Shown one piece after another: positions 37,636 through 51,448 of a stretch of 64,000 nt of DNA. Source of the DNA: Bugula neritina (taxonomy: Eukaryota > Animalia > Bryozoa); the NCBI GenBank assembly GCA_964035545.1, contig OZ037770.1, forward strand, positions 6,148,729 through 6,212,728, written 5' to 3'. The position numbers and the translations under genes were made by a program. The notes below the pieces were generated by a model. It saw nothing but the letters and a program-made list of their open reading frames with translations, did not search any database and had not been told where the DNA came from. Position 1 is the stretch's first letter. Each line of letters starts with the position of its first letter.

Positions 37636-38189
37636 GTTATTGACAAAAAAACTGCCCAATTTTGGCTAATTTTGCCTAAAAAGCTGACTTTTCAGTACCA
37701 GTAAAATATCTCAGCAGCAAAGCATGATATCTGAATAAAAATTGCACTGCTGGAATCCTAAGATATTTCTCCAGGGTAGCTTTTTGCTTTTTTCAATAAC
37801 TCTTCTAGATTGCCCATAAATCGATGATTTATACACTGAAAATGCCATATTTTTTCATGAGTAATTAGCAGCGCGCAGCACTTCACGTTTCAATGAGCAT
37901 GTAGAGATGAGAAGATATTGGCACGTACATGCTAATTACAGGCTTGCTAGCTGGCAGGCTATAATGAATAGCTTGTTTTGTACTTTGTTCATGTAGCACC
38001 CATAATGGAATGTTGATAGATAACGCAGCCCTAATGAAGGTTGCTGCTTATTGGTTGTAGTTTGATCTTAGGCTAAACAGTTGCGAGTAGGCAACACGCA
38101 TGCCACCTGCAGAGCAATATTATTCAAGAACCTAAACTACATTTTGAGAGAAATTTATGATATTCTTAGTGAGGATGCCCTTAACTATC

Positions 38190-40553
38190 TTGTGTGCCTC
38201 GTTCAACTCCTTGACGTGTGGTGGGACGGTTCCCCGCCCTTTAGACGGGCGCTGCTGAGGATCCTCTGCCGCGTCTCCCAACGATGGCCCCATATCTTCT
38301 TCCTGGACTGAATGGAAACGGCCCGACTCTGTGAAGGGGTTGACACACTGCACTAAGATCTCTCCTCCTGCAGTCAGCCGGTTAAGGCTGCTGGTGAATT
38401 GGATTTTTTCGTGTGCGCCTTCCACCACCCCCAACCCAGAGATCTGGCTATTGTTCACCCTACAGTGAATAGTAGCCCAGGAGTGGCCTAGTATCGTACA
38501 GTTCCGTACTACCTGCACGCCTCCCACCAGGGGACGACCAAACTTGTTGACACAGGTGAGTTCTCTGTCGCCCATTACCATCGCAGATTTATTGAAATCA
38601 ATGCGACACCCGTGCCGTTTTAAGAATGGCATTCCAAGGATAGCATCCTCATTAAGCTTACTAAGGATGAACGTCTCCTGGATGACCTGGTCTCGCACAC
38701 GTCCAGTCAGCTCTATGATGCCATAGAAGGGGATGCACGACCTGCCTGCCAGGGCGCCATACCCCCCATCATATGGCTCTAATTCAAACCTGACCTGAGC
38801 ACTGAGGGTGTCAAAAAGTTGACGGCTTATGAGGTTCGTGGTGCAGCCTGAGTCAAGTAGGAAGGTGGCAGCTTTACCGGCTATTTTATCCGGTAAGAAG
38901 TAGCTGTTCCCATGAGGCTATGTCTGTACCCGCTGTGGCTGCACCCTAATGGGGGACACCTCTCTCGCCGTGGGTCGAGGAGCTTGTGGCTGGCGACGGG
39001 TGCGGGCCGGTTGCGGAGGGAGAAACAGCACGCCTCTCGGCGTCTGCGCTGGTTCCCTCTCAAGCCCTGAGATTGACAACCCATCGAATCTGTTGTGGAG
39101 TGGCATAGAGAAGACATTCGGTGAGTGGCGTTGATAGCCTACCCGCCGTGGATGTTGCCATTCCCGTGTGTCAGTACGCGGCACCCGGCAGATTGATTTT
39201 CGTCTCTTCTTCCCTCTAGGGTTATTCGGCGGCCTGCAGTGGGCGGGAACATCTGCGGGCCGCAGTAGTTTAACCCCTGGTGGACAAGGGGGCAGTATCT
39301 CTGGAAATGTCCAGGTCTTCCGCATTCCCAGCAGAGATTTTGCCCAGTGCCTGGTGATCGCGCCAGCGGCCCTAAAGGTCTATGAGCGGTATCGACCTGG
39401 TCTTTAGGGGTCAATATGGAGACTAGCTTGGCTAACATGTCGGTCAGCTGCGCGACCTTCCATGCAGCCATCAGTTGTCCCACATTGGCTAATGCGGGGG
39501 GTCCCGCAATTGGATCGGCAAGAGCAGCAGAGGGCTCCATGGCCACTTGGCGGTAGGCCCCATGGTTTTTATGCATATGATTTGCCAGGAGGTATGCTTC
39601 TCCTTCAGCGAGAGTGCTCTTGATCGTAGTAATTTCTCTTGTCAGAAACTGGTGATGGAGTCCCAGGTCGTTAATAGACTCCACAAAATCATCATAAGTA
39701 TACCTTTCACGGTTCGCTTGAGGCAGGTCGCTGTATGCGATCTTAGCCAGCTTCATCACCGTGGCAGCATGCTCTTGTAGCGGCGTGTGAAGATCACGCC
39801 GTAACCTTTGTAGCCGGGCCCGGGTGTCGATGTCAAACCTGGCCCGCAGAGAAGCAAAGATACTGTTAATGTCAGGTTCCAACCCATAGGGTTTGGCCTT
39901 GTTCATTAACGACATTGTAAGTTTAAGCAGGGCCATCACATCATTAAATTCTTGGATGAACTGTTCCATTTCTTCTTCACCCGTAAAAGTAAGTGCCTTC
40001 AGCTGGTATCTATCTTCATTCAGCTCCCTAGGAGCTTTCACTTCTTTTACTGCTACCGGAGATACAGGAATAACATTGTCTTTACGCTTACCTTCTGCCT
40101 GTGGAACGGGTAGTTCAGCATCAGACGTTGCCGTCTTTGTTGTACACCCAATCCCACCGCTGCCACCACTGTTGCAGTTTTGTGCACCAAAAGTTTGTGG
40201 GGTTTCAGTGTGTATTATCAATCTAGCACATTAGTTCCTAGTTAATCAATCACCCTTGGTAGTAGCCAAATAATGAAACACTTTATTATTAAAGTTAAAT
40301 AGAAAAAACTAACATTACAATTATTTACGCTTTACAACAATATCCATTCCCAATACGGTATTTAATTCGAGCCCTCGCTTACAACAGCTCTAGCAGCGGG
40401 AACTCTCATTTAATTATCATTATTCATCTGACCCCAAACTGTTCCCATCACGTCATCATCACGTGTAGGCTGTATACAATATTCCCAGGACGGGGGGGGG
40501 GACAACACTTCACCTTATTATATTACGTGTGTGAGACATCACGAACCATCACA
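38190..40553 (-). mobile_element. 5' portion of Gypsy C (5' LTR, PBS, decayed gag and protease), same family as A and B
   Basis: LTR about 40170-40553 (TGTGATGGTTCGTG...CTGCAACA); PBS 40151-40168 identical to A and B; gag with CWECGRPGHFQRYC; GTTAAAC frameshift site 39268-39274; protease fragments; truncated before RT. Confidence 0.9.
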
Positions 40554-41720
40554 ATATAATAGTAGAAACACAACATAACTAATCAACGACTACTATTCAA
40601 CTGCCACTCCTCAAGCATGTTGCCTCCTAGTTAAATGTCAATAGCTCTCATCCCAATACATTACTAGTCATAGGCTGTAGTGTAAAAGATACTGACTCAG
40701 CTGATTAGCTATTGCGGTTATCAATAACGCAACAGTTGATTTGCTGTAAGCATATGCATCGTGCCACAATTAGTAATCAGGTAGAAGAAAGCTGGAGTTG
40801 TCCTCTCTTGACCTAAAGTTATCCTTTTGATATACACAGGGGCACAACCCCTACAATGTCATACTCACAGTGTTATAAACCATAGCTCTAAAATGTCTAC
40901 CTCTATGAAGTTGCAGTCGTATAAGTGAATGTTTGCTTTTATTTGAAAACCAACTCTTACACTTTTTATATAGCTTTATAAGAATTTTTGACATTTAATA
41001 TTTTAAATTCATGCATATGTTTGATTTAGAATGATATTTAGGTATTTGTGGTAAACCTTATAACTTATTCATCATAGTTAATGGCTTACAAAATGTAAAA
41101 CTTTGCAAACATCTGATGCAATAGTGGGCCAGAAGCTGAAGAGTTGAATTGTGACCTTCATACTGACTTCTTGTTATATGAACGCTCAGCACAAACATGA
41201 AGCTCACTTCTCAAAGGCCACATTCTGAAAATGTTTTAATGTCATCAATGAGTACCTCACCATTAGTTTATATAACATGATCATCCTGCTATAGCATATC
41301 ATCATTGTCATATTAATAAACTGTATCAACTTATTTATTAACTAATCAAGTCCATAACGTAGCCATCGTGTAATATCATTGAACTGATAAAAGGAATGAA
41401 AGTGAGGATACATTTCAAATTAGTTTTATTAAAATAAGATACAAAAAACAAGGAAACTTGTGCATTATGTATTTTCATGATAAGATTTACTATTAATACA
41501 ACAAATATACAGAATGCTTTTAACTATCAGGTAAAAGCTAACTAGTTTCAAAACTATCAGATTAGTTTTAAAAAAACTTAGAACTACAAACTGAGAGCTA
41601 ATGCTGTAGTGGACGGTGTAAAGGTGATGTCAACAATACTTGGTGTCTGTCATATGATGTATATATGTTACAAGAGTGTCAAACTGTATGTTATATAACA
41701 TTTTATATTATGTAACTCCA

Positions 41721-44700
41721 TCAGACACCTTCCAGAGATACTTCTACAAGAGAGTATGAGTATATATTACAGTGTGAAATGTACTTTACAATATGATATG
41801 TATATTATATAGATAGTGTATACTTAATATCATATATACTATATACTTAGTATCATATATACTATATACTTAGTATCATATGTACTGTATACTTAGTATC
41901 ATATATACTATATACTTAGTATCATATATACTGTATACTTAGTATCATATATACTGTATACTTAGTATCATATATACTGTATACTTAGTATCATATATAC
42001 TGTATAGTTAGTATTATATATCCTATATACTTAGTATCATATATACTGCATACATAGTATCATATATACTGTATACTTAATATCATATATACTGTATACT
42101 TAGTATCATATATACTGTATACATAGCATTACATCAGAGGCTGATATATATCTTACCATACCTGAAACTTGAGGCGGATAATGTAGTCCAAGGTCTAATT
42201 GAACACCTTCAGTAGGAAGGGCAGGCTCATGAACCTCCTCCATTTTACCAAATTCAGCTGGAGAGATGTGGGCTACGCTGCCATCTAAAGTATTATTACA
42301 TAAAAATTTCCTAGTTCATGATCTACTAATAAGAGTTGTGTCCCTTCAGCAGTTACATACTTCAACCTTAATATCAGGGAGCAGTCTCACTAAACGCCTG
42401 GCCTCACGATCGTGAGAATCATACGAATTTGTCTATTTGAAACAAAAACATCCGTACGAGAAAATCTGAGGGAATTCAAACGAAATCGTCCTCGTTGGGT
42501 GTACACACCGATGACTAGGGACGAAAAATCACAATCGACGATAAGTACCACTTGATTGTTCAATAGAATTTTAGCAACAGTAATTATTTCATTTCTACCA
42601 CTTTTCTCTATTTGGCAAATTTCTGCTGTTTTTACCTTGCGCAAGACTCATTCGCAGACTATGTCTATATATGTCTATGTGCAATATGTCTATCACCAAA
42701 TTGAAAAGGTGTATAGCATTGTTGCATATTGCATGTAAAACAGTCAAACTTTAAATTTCAGTTAAAGCATGTACCTGCTAACGGGGCACAACTCTTGATT
42801 GTAAATTGACATCGCAAACATAAGAAGAGAGTATATCACATATAAGTACTTTCTTGACTGTTAAATGGATCAGTTGATGGATGTGTTATATATATATTCA
42901 GATAACTGATAGAGTGGTCAAGATATAAACAGTAGGAAGAAGAAGTAATATCAGACCAGCAGATAATGTAATGCAGTAAACCAAAACCAATTCTCAATAT
43001 ATTATCTAAGATAATTACCAGATACTTGTTGGGGGGTTTCCTCCACATCCCCATCTTCTGACTTCTCAATTGCAACCTCGACTACCGTCTCTCCAGTATC
43101 TTGTATGCTGTTGTGTAACATATTAGAGTTGAGTCTTGCTAACAGAGTTGCTGTCTCAGGAGTCAGAGTTGAGCTGGTGTGGATGCTGCCATCTGACAGC
43201 TGTGTCTTCACCCTTGAGATCATGTGACCTGGGAGAGAAATCATGCGACCTGGTAGAGAGCGATCATGTGACCTGGGAAAGGGAAATCAAGTGACTGATT
43301 GATACTAACCTGACTCTTGACCTTCATGAGCGAGTGTTACTGTCACAGTCTCTAGATGGGGGCCTATATGTGACGCCCAGTCTTCAGTCCATACTCGATC
43401 CTGCTCTAATGCTAAAGTATCCACACTGCCCTACGAAGTAATTTATATACATAGTTACTCTGTGTGCATATAAAAACAACTTCAAAAAACAGACCACCAG
43501 CCAACCACAAGAAATCTTCCAACCTAATTGCCAATCGCAGGAGGTTTATTATTTATGTTCCAATCGCAGAGAAAAATTTAATGACGGCACAAAGTGAACA
43601 TAGTCTCATAGCTGTCAATGCGACATGCATGAAATAGTATAAAGAAGTAGCCAATCATGAGAGGTCATATTATTTACTTTCCAATCACAGAAACTTTTAC
43701 AATTTCACAAACAACACCACATGTATAGCAGTACCTCTTTGAGAGGCAGCACACCACTATCAATATCACGGAGAGCTGTGTGGATGTGATTCTTCAGATC
43801 GCTGACAGTCGGGAAGAAACTCAAGTCATGTCTAACTGGAGGCTCCTCATTACTGAACAATTCTTTCTCTACGTATTTCCTGTATGAGAATATCAGGTGG
43901 TATGAGTGTGGCTCAGTAGCTTTGATATTTTGATCTTATAGATAGTAGGCTATACAAGTGTTAAATAGCCAGCTAGCTTTTTAACACTTTCAAAATAGTC
44001 TAACGTCATCAAAATAAAACACAACAAATATGTTTAAAACAATTGTGTCAAAAACCAATAACACTTAAATTTTTATAATACAAAATGTCCTGCAAATTAT
44101 TCTACTAGAAGTATTTCTGAGACTAAATTGTTTCCCTAATACTGATAGAAAATGTTCATAAAGTTTATGGAGAACTTGATGGCAAGATTTCATGCTGAAG
44201 TATCAGTGGTTATATTTTTATCAGGTTTAAAGCCACATGACTATTCTAAGGAGTTTGAGCCGCAGTGCTGACAGTCACTCACACAGGACAAAAACTGATA
44301 CAGACTTATTTTATTGACAGACATGATTCTGTCTTGAGAACTGTTTGCTCACCTCAGCATCTTCCTAACAGTAGTCACATGGTGTATACCAGAGGAGACA
44401 ATATCTCTAATCTTATTGGCTACAGGAGGAGCGAGTCTAGTATTTCCTCTTTCTAAAATACAAAAGAAAAATATGAGAATACATTCGGGAGGTTTACCAT
44501 CCAAGGTGAGTTGAAAGAAACAGCAAGAAAGCGACAGGATTTATCTACAAACTCTAAACAGTGGGAGTAGGAAGTTCTGCACCAACCTCAGCCCCACCCA
44601 CATCTGAGCGGTTGACGAAAATTGTTCTAAGAGGACTGCTGGAACAGCAGAAACTTCATATTTATTACAGAACAAACAAACACAGCCTTGACAACTACTT

Positions 44701-47491
44701 AATATACTTTTCACCGTAACAATTTCAGTCCTTGCGGGTAACTAATAGACTGACAGTCTAAATGTAGGGTCAGATATCCTAACATATCACGTGACGTTGA
44801 AAATGTGAACTAAACGAGAGAGAAAACTCTCCAAATAAATCGACTGAAGATCCTGACAACTGATTGATCATCCTTCGAATGAACCTGCATACACATAGGT
44901 TTGTGGTTGTGGTTTGCATTTATTAATGGTTGTGGTCTCAGTCAATGCAAATCTTCCCAAGAAACATTTATTGTATAATGCGAAGCAATGAAAATGCAGT
45001 AACTAGCAGAGGAGAGAGTTCGACTTGGGTACATAAAGATATGTTACAGTTGAACTCACCTGGTGGAGACACATTGTACGTCCTGGTGATGAGAGGTCGC
45101 TTAGTTAAGGTGGAATCTGCAGTGTGATACTCGTGTGCCGCAGTAGTTGGTAGCTGCAGATAATGCCTGCAGTACAAAAATGTTCCAGATATGTTCTAGA
45201 AACACCATAGTATCCAGGAAATAGTTAACTGTATAGCAATACAGCACACAGATATAATATAAAATTGAAACTATAAACTACTCCTGAAAATGTTAAATGG
45301 ATAGTGTAATAGTATAATGTAGAAGATGCACCGAGTCATCACAGTGCCAGAAAGGTAGAGACGTACCGCTCCTCCCCGCCTTCACTGAACTCCTGTTCCC
45401 TCAGAACCTGGAACGCTCTGTCCATCAGCTGTTTGAGCACCTTCCTGTTAACATCTGTTGGAACTGAGCAGTTTGGGAATTTCCGTACTTTCTTCACATA
45501 AATACGAGCTGGACAAGCGTGTTTGTAGTCTGTAATCAGTATTATAATATTATGATAGGTTAATATTTTATATACCCAACTGTACATGTAATCCAGACCA
45601 CGGCTGCTCTAAGCCTCTACTGTTCACCACAATGAATATTAGGCTTGTTGGAGGCTACTCAAGTGAAGAGAGTCTGTTAGTTTATTGAACTAGAGAATCC
45701 AAAAGTGCTCAAACTAGATGCGAAAAATCTCATAGTGGAAACAGATTAGAAACTGGTTAATATTTGCAACTTTAGAGAGAGAGCTAAATAGGAGAATATA
45801 ACTGCTACTTCACTGCATATACTTTGATTAACAAATTACTAGATGATATGGGAGAAAAGCAGTGAGCTATGAAGTAAGTTTCATGAAGATTATCAGACAC
45901 CAGTATAGATATACACTAACCCTCTCCTGTTCCTTCTCCTGTACTATCAGCCTTAGAACCTTTCCTCCTTGGTCCGTATTGGCACTCCATCACAGTGGCC
46001 CGACTTCCTATATGCAAGAGTTGCGAGAAAAACTGAGTTGAGCAGATAAGTATTAGGACTCAAGTCAACATGCCAACAATACGGAAAAAGTCTCACCGTA
46101 GTTAATGAAAGGCACGCCGTCAAACGGCACATATTGGGACTTCCACATCATACGGGCGGTGGGCCGGTTACCGGCTGGGCTTTGCCGCGTGCCCCAAAAA
46201 CTGTGAGTTTGCTGCTTATGCAGAGTTAGTATAACATCCAGTTCCTGCTCTGTGTGCACCCAGCCCCGGTAGTAGTGACCAACTTTCTGCAAGATCATAA
46301 CAGCTGCATGTTACAACATAAGTGCTCATCCTATGAATATTTCACATATACTGAAACCATTTACACGTTGATACAGGCACTTGCTATAGAAATCTGAATC
46401 AAAAAATGAATAAAATATTGGATTGAAGTCCAATAGCATAACTATAATGCAGAGAGTACATAACTTGATTATATTATAAATATCAGCACTTGAATGTCAG
46501 GTTGTAAATTAATCAAATAGGCTCTGACATCATAACGGTTTATACTAGCCTCACAATCCTGAATCAGTGTTGCCCAGTGAGGGGCGTCTGCTAGCGTAGC
46601 CTTAGCTTGTGCGGTATTGACCAAGGTGAACTGGGTTTGACTTGTTGATGCCCCGACATTAGTAATATGCTGGTTTGGATCCCCAACTATGACAACCGAG
46701 TTGGCAGTGATGTTCAAGTTACTTGGCATAATCTGCCACACCTTGTCACCTGTAAAAACTTTGAATGTTTAATTTGAGAGCTACTGCTGCAACTTGACAG
46801 GGATAAGTCTTCAATCTGTGCATCAAGATTCCTTACCTTGGCTGCTATTCAACTCGGAGATCTCCACAAGCTCCACCCCTTTCTGGCCTGAGCCGTTGGT
46901 CGCAAGAATAACATTACCTCTCTCTATGTTAAAAATAAAATAATATTTAGTGAGTCGGTTATTGATCTGACCATTGGGAATGCATAGACTGAAACTACCA
47001 GCTTTATTCACTAATGGGAAAATGATTCTTAATTAAACATTAACTAGTTGATGAAAACTAAAATTTATTAATCTTTGAAACAGCTGAATAATTTTAAATA
47101 TTCGAAAGAAAATCCACTCATAAAGTAGCAATTAAAAAACCTGTTTGCCAACATATATCATCGTTCTTAAAACAAAGCTTCTTCTTTAAAAAAGAAAAGT
47201 TAGGCTATAGTTTCATGAAACAAGGCGTAACGGTTTACATAATAATAATAGTTGATTTCCTTCCATATTGAAAACATGAGAGTAGAAGTAATGAATTGTA
47301 CATCAACTACCTATATTTATTGGTTGTAGTGTACTAGTGTCGGTGTTTATTGTGTTGTCAGCGTAAATTACTATTTGCTCATTACACTCTTGTTCCTCGG
47401 TATAATGAGTCTGATCTTCTATAATCAAATGAGTACTCGAGTCCAAAACTTTCCCTTCGGAGTCGCCAACTTGGTTCAGACCAGCATTCAT
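41721..47491 (-). CDS. CARF: Calcium-responsive transcription factor (CaRF) homolog, about 578 aa, 13 coding exons
   Basis: Exons 47491-47311, 46923-46837, 46749-46550, 46286-46097, 46007-45921, 45529-45367, 45166-45060, 44452-44353, 43879-43735, 43430-43310, 43228-43019, 42284-42162, 41743-41721. Recognised CaRF motifs HKQQTHSFWGTRQS, MWKSQYVPFDGVPF, VMECQYGPRRKG, CPARIYVKKV, RHDLSFFPTVSDLKNHIH. AATAAA near 41425. Terminal exons are less certain. Confidence 0.9.
41818..42125. repeat. 23-bp minisatellite (TATACTTAGTATCATATATACTG, about 13 copies) in the last CaRF intron
   Basis: Tandem copies read directly. Confidence 0.92.
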
Positions 47492-48579
47492 AGTATTTTA
47501 GTCTAAGAGTTATTTGTATGTATTAAGATTATTACTAATAAATATAAGGAATGATAGAACCACAGCTTTAACTAAAGTAAATCACACTGACTATAGAATA
47601 GACACTTAATCTAAAATTATGAATTGGAAGCCTAATTCTAAAAATAATTAAAATAAAACAAGTTCAAGTTACAATTTATAATATTAGTCAAATTGAAAAA
47701 TAACTAGGCTGGTATAGGATAATTATATTAATCATATTAATTAGTGTAACTAGTGTTATTTTTATAGTAATAAACATAACCGCAAAGTTTCTAAAACTAG
47801 TTTTTAATCCCAGCTGCTCATAAAATTTGGGTTTGAACAGATTCAAACTCATTGCCTAGTTACTGCTTAAATTTGGTAAAAATTCTTATCTATACTGATA
47901 GTAACTGCTTCAACTTCAGTCTGAAACAGTGATTATGGTTATGACTTATCGATACAGGGTATTAGAGGTGCTGATAAAGTGTTGATACCAACTTTCATCT
48001 TACTCATCGGGTGATCCAGAGTTTTTATCACCAAATTGTTTTAATACCACACTAAATAAGCAAAAACAAGTACAATAATCTCTAAACTAGATATTCTAGT
48101 AGTCACTTACACAGTGTACAGTAAAATCCAAACGTTGAAGTTTACTGTGATACTATAACTATAAGACTAATATTATAAGCATAAGTACAAAGCTAAGTAT
48201 ATCTACTTCTACTACTACTAATAATAATAAGCTATTGAGTTTAACATTACTACTACTAGACAGTAGACTAGTATAACTACTAACTAGTAATAGTACTACT
48301 ATTAGTACCAGTAACACTAGCTACATACATTATTATTAGTATTACATTAACTCATAGTATTACTATAACTATTACTGTACTACTATTAGTATTACTATTA
48401 CTATTAGAGTATTAGTATTAATTATACTATTAGTAATACTAATACTAATAGTAATAGTAATACTAATAGTAAATCAAAATGTAATACTAACTACTAAGTA
48501 TTACTATTATAATTTAGAATTACTACTACTAATATAAATAGCAATACTTTAAAATAAAAAATATTATTAATGTAGGTTA

Positions 48580-49051
48580 CCGTTTAAAGAGTAAAAAATG
48601 CCAAATTCCCAGCATCTCTGTCTCCATTTAATCTAAACAAGTAATTAGTGGGTATACACGTATCTAGTAGCAACTTACGCGGTACTATCGTTTAAATTGG
48701 TAGAAAATATGATAACGAGACAGAAACCTCGACTGCAGTACTTGTACCTCGTTTCAATATGGCTGACCTTTTATACGCCGTGAGTGATTCGATTTTGTTT
48801 ACATCGACTGTTTATGAAGGCTTAGTTCGGCTTCAATTCGGTTTTAACTGCAAAACTTTTTGGTAAAGTATTCTATTCGTAGCGAGTCCATACATATTCT
48901 CGAAGGGAGTCCTTTCATAAAATGTTTAGGGTACGGTCATAACACCCCCAATAATAACTGATCATAAAAAGAGTTTCTCATAAACTACGCAAGTTTACGA
49001 GAGGCATAGTTCCTACCATGGCGACCGAGCAAGATGACCGCGACATTCCAG
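48580..49051. promoter_or_regulatory. Putative bidirectional promoter / first-exon region
   Basis: Local CpG enrichment between very AT-rich flanks; - strand donor-like sites (GTAAGT about 48678, GTAACC about 48580) upstream of CaRF; + strand ACCATGG exon at 49018-49051. Confidence 0.45.
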
Positions 49052-50158
49052 GTCTGTCATTATTATTATTTTCAGTCTGAAACTTTCATGTGTGAACCTT
49101 TGCATTAAAAAATTTTTAAGCATTATTTTATGACATTAGCTTTAGTAGCTAGTTTGAAACAATTTTCGTTTTATATTGATGACCGTTATATTTAATCATA
49201 ATGATAATCATAATCATTAATCAGTATCACTATCACATTCACATTGATGATTGATGATTCATGATTGATTATCATATTGATATTGTTATAATCATGATGA
49301 AGTGATTATGGTTTACTTTTAAAAATATGTTAGTATAAGTATTAAATGTAATTCATCATAATGATTTTTATTATCATGATGATTATCATTATCATTTTGA
49401 TTATTTTAACTGATACCGTAAGGCGTAAAGAGTTAGTGTTACTTCTAGTTTAGGTTTTACTATCACTATTACTATTAGTATTACTATTAGTATTAGTATC
49501 ACTATTAGTAATAGTATTACTATTAGTATTAAGTATTAGTATTACTTTTACTTTTTATTTGTCACTAATCATCTAATGACATTCACAGTTTGAAAGTGTC
49601 TTTGACTTTAGGTTTGACTTTTATTCTGAGTTTTTTCGTTTCATCTCAATAATGAATATCAATATAACAATATAACCAAAAGTAACTCATTTAGTTTAAT
49701 GATTAGTCATTATGATAATAATAAGTGATTGAAATTTAGCTTGCACTTGATGTATCGGTATCACTATGACTATGTGAGTTACTGTGTCCGTAAGTCGATG
49801 TGCTGTGTAGCTCCAGCTGTATTTGTATTACTATAGGTATAGGTATTAGTATAACTATAGTTATAGTAATTTTGATTATTTTTTATTATCAATGTAAATT
49901 TGGTAAAACGTTAAATAAAAACCTAATTTTAAGATGTTGTTACGAATACCAAAAACACTTGATGACTTTATATCATTGTCAAACTTAAAAAATGCGTTTT
50001 TCTAAACATGGTGAATGAGAAGCACCAATGACAGTGATTGCGCTAATTAGCATTAGTGGTAATCACGTAATAATCCAATTAGCATTGTGGGACAATCACT
50101 ATCACTATGATTATCATGTTTACGTGGAAATGCATTGCTATTGGATAGTTGGTAATAC

Positions 50159-50463
50159 TGTGGTGGTTCGTGGAACTACCAGCAGCACAACATGTAGGGT
50201 CGCGTAATTGACCCGGAACAATGGATAGCCAATTAGCGTAGTTGATAGTTAGCAGCAATTGTAGTTTCCCGCTGCTAACGCAGTCGAAGCTAGAGTGTGA
50301 AATAGATTAGATGTGTAACTTGTTTGAATATAATGTATCGTTTTTATAATGTATAATTGTGTGTAAAATATACTCGTTCACTCGACTTATCCTGGTGCAG
50401 TTCTATAGCCAATAAATAGACTCTCTGGATAGCACATCAACCCTAAATCTGAAAATTATAACA
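50159..50463 (+). repeat. 5' LTR of Gypsy B
   Basis: TGTGGTGG...TATAACA followed by the tRNA-Leu PBS. Confidence 0.95.
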
Positions 50464-50494
50464 GTGGTGGCAGCGGTGGGATAGTGCATCCAAG

Positions 50495-51448
50495 ATGGAG
50501 ACTGAGAATGCTGGAACTCAACCACCGGCAATAGAAGGTGAGCGTAGAGACAATGCTGTAGAGACAATGCCTGTTAACCATGTAGTAGAAGAGCGAAGGG
50601 TTCCGCGAGAACTAGCTGAGGACCGTTACCGGTTAAAGGCGCCCACCTTCACGGGTGAAGAGGAGGTGGAACAGTTTATCCAAGAGTTTAGCGACGTAAT
50701 GGACGTCGCTCAGTGGCCCCCTAGGGTGGCCTTGCTGAAGCTTAGAATGGCATTGATGGACAAAGCCAAGCCCTATGGGCTGGGCGTAGACATTGATAAT
50801 ATCTTTGCTTCTCTGCGAGCCCGCTTTGGCCTCTCTGCTACAGATGCCAGGGCCCGATTGCAGAGGTTGCGGCGTGATCCCCGCACTCCGCTGCGGGAGC
50901 ATGCCGCCGCGGTTATGAAGCTGGCACAGATCGCGTACAGCGACTTGCCCCCAGTCAACCGCGAGAGCTATACCCTCGACGCTTTCATAGCATCTGTCGA
51001 CGATCTGGGTCTCCACCACCAGTTTCTAGCTAGGGGAGTCACCACCGTTGAAGATGCTCTGACTGAGGGGGAAGCTTACCTCCTAGCTAATCAAATGCAT
51101 AAAAGTCGCGGAAGCTCCCGCCAAGTGGAGATAGACCGCGCAGACACGGCCGCGGGACAAGGGGAGGAAACCCCCGCCGCGGCTGCCGTGTCCCAGTTGG
51201 CGACGGCATCAAAAGTCACTCAACTGACGGACATGCTAGCCAAGCTGATAGCAACACTGACACCACAAAACCCAGTGAGTACCGCCCCTGAGCCCATGCG
51301 GCCATCGGCGCCGCCACAGGGAGAAACAGTCAGTTTTTGCTGGGAGTGCGGAAATCAAGGACATTTCCGCCGATATTGTCCCTTCCTAAATCAGGGGTTA
51401 AACTACCGCGGCCCGCAGATGTTCCCACCTTCCGCGGGCCGACGATGA
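50495..51448 (+). CDS. Gypsy B gag (317 aa) with CCHC knuckle
   Basis: LKAPTFTGEEEVEQFIQEF; CWECGNQGHFRRYC. Confidence 0.93.
   Translation: METENAGTQPPAIEGERRDNAVETMPVNHVVEERRVPRELAEDRYRLKAPTFTGEEEVEQFIQEFSDVMDVAQWPPRVALLKLRMALMDKAKPYGLGVDIDNIFASLRARFGLSATDARARLQRLRRDPRTPLREHAAAVMKLAQIAYSDLPPVNRESYTLDAFIASVDDLGLHHQFLARGVTTVEDALTEGEAYLLANQMHKSRGSSRQVEIDRADTAAGQGEETPAAAAVSQLATASKVTQLTDMLAKLIATLTPQNPVSTAPEPMRPSAPPQGETVSFCWECGNQGHFRRYCPFLNQGLNYRGPQMFPPSAGRR

Noticed and set aside
41818-42125. CRISPR-like array
   Set aside because: Head-to-tail 23-bp units with no unique spacers, in a eukaryotic intron; a minisatellite.
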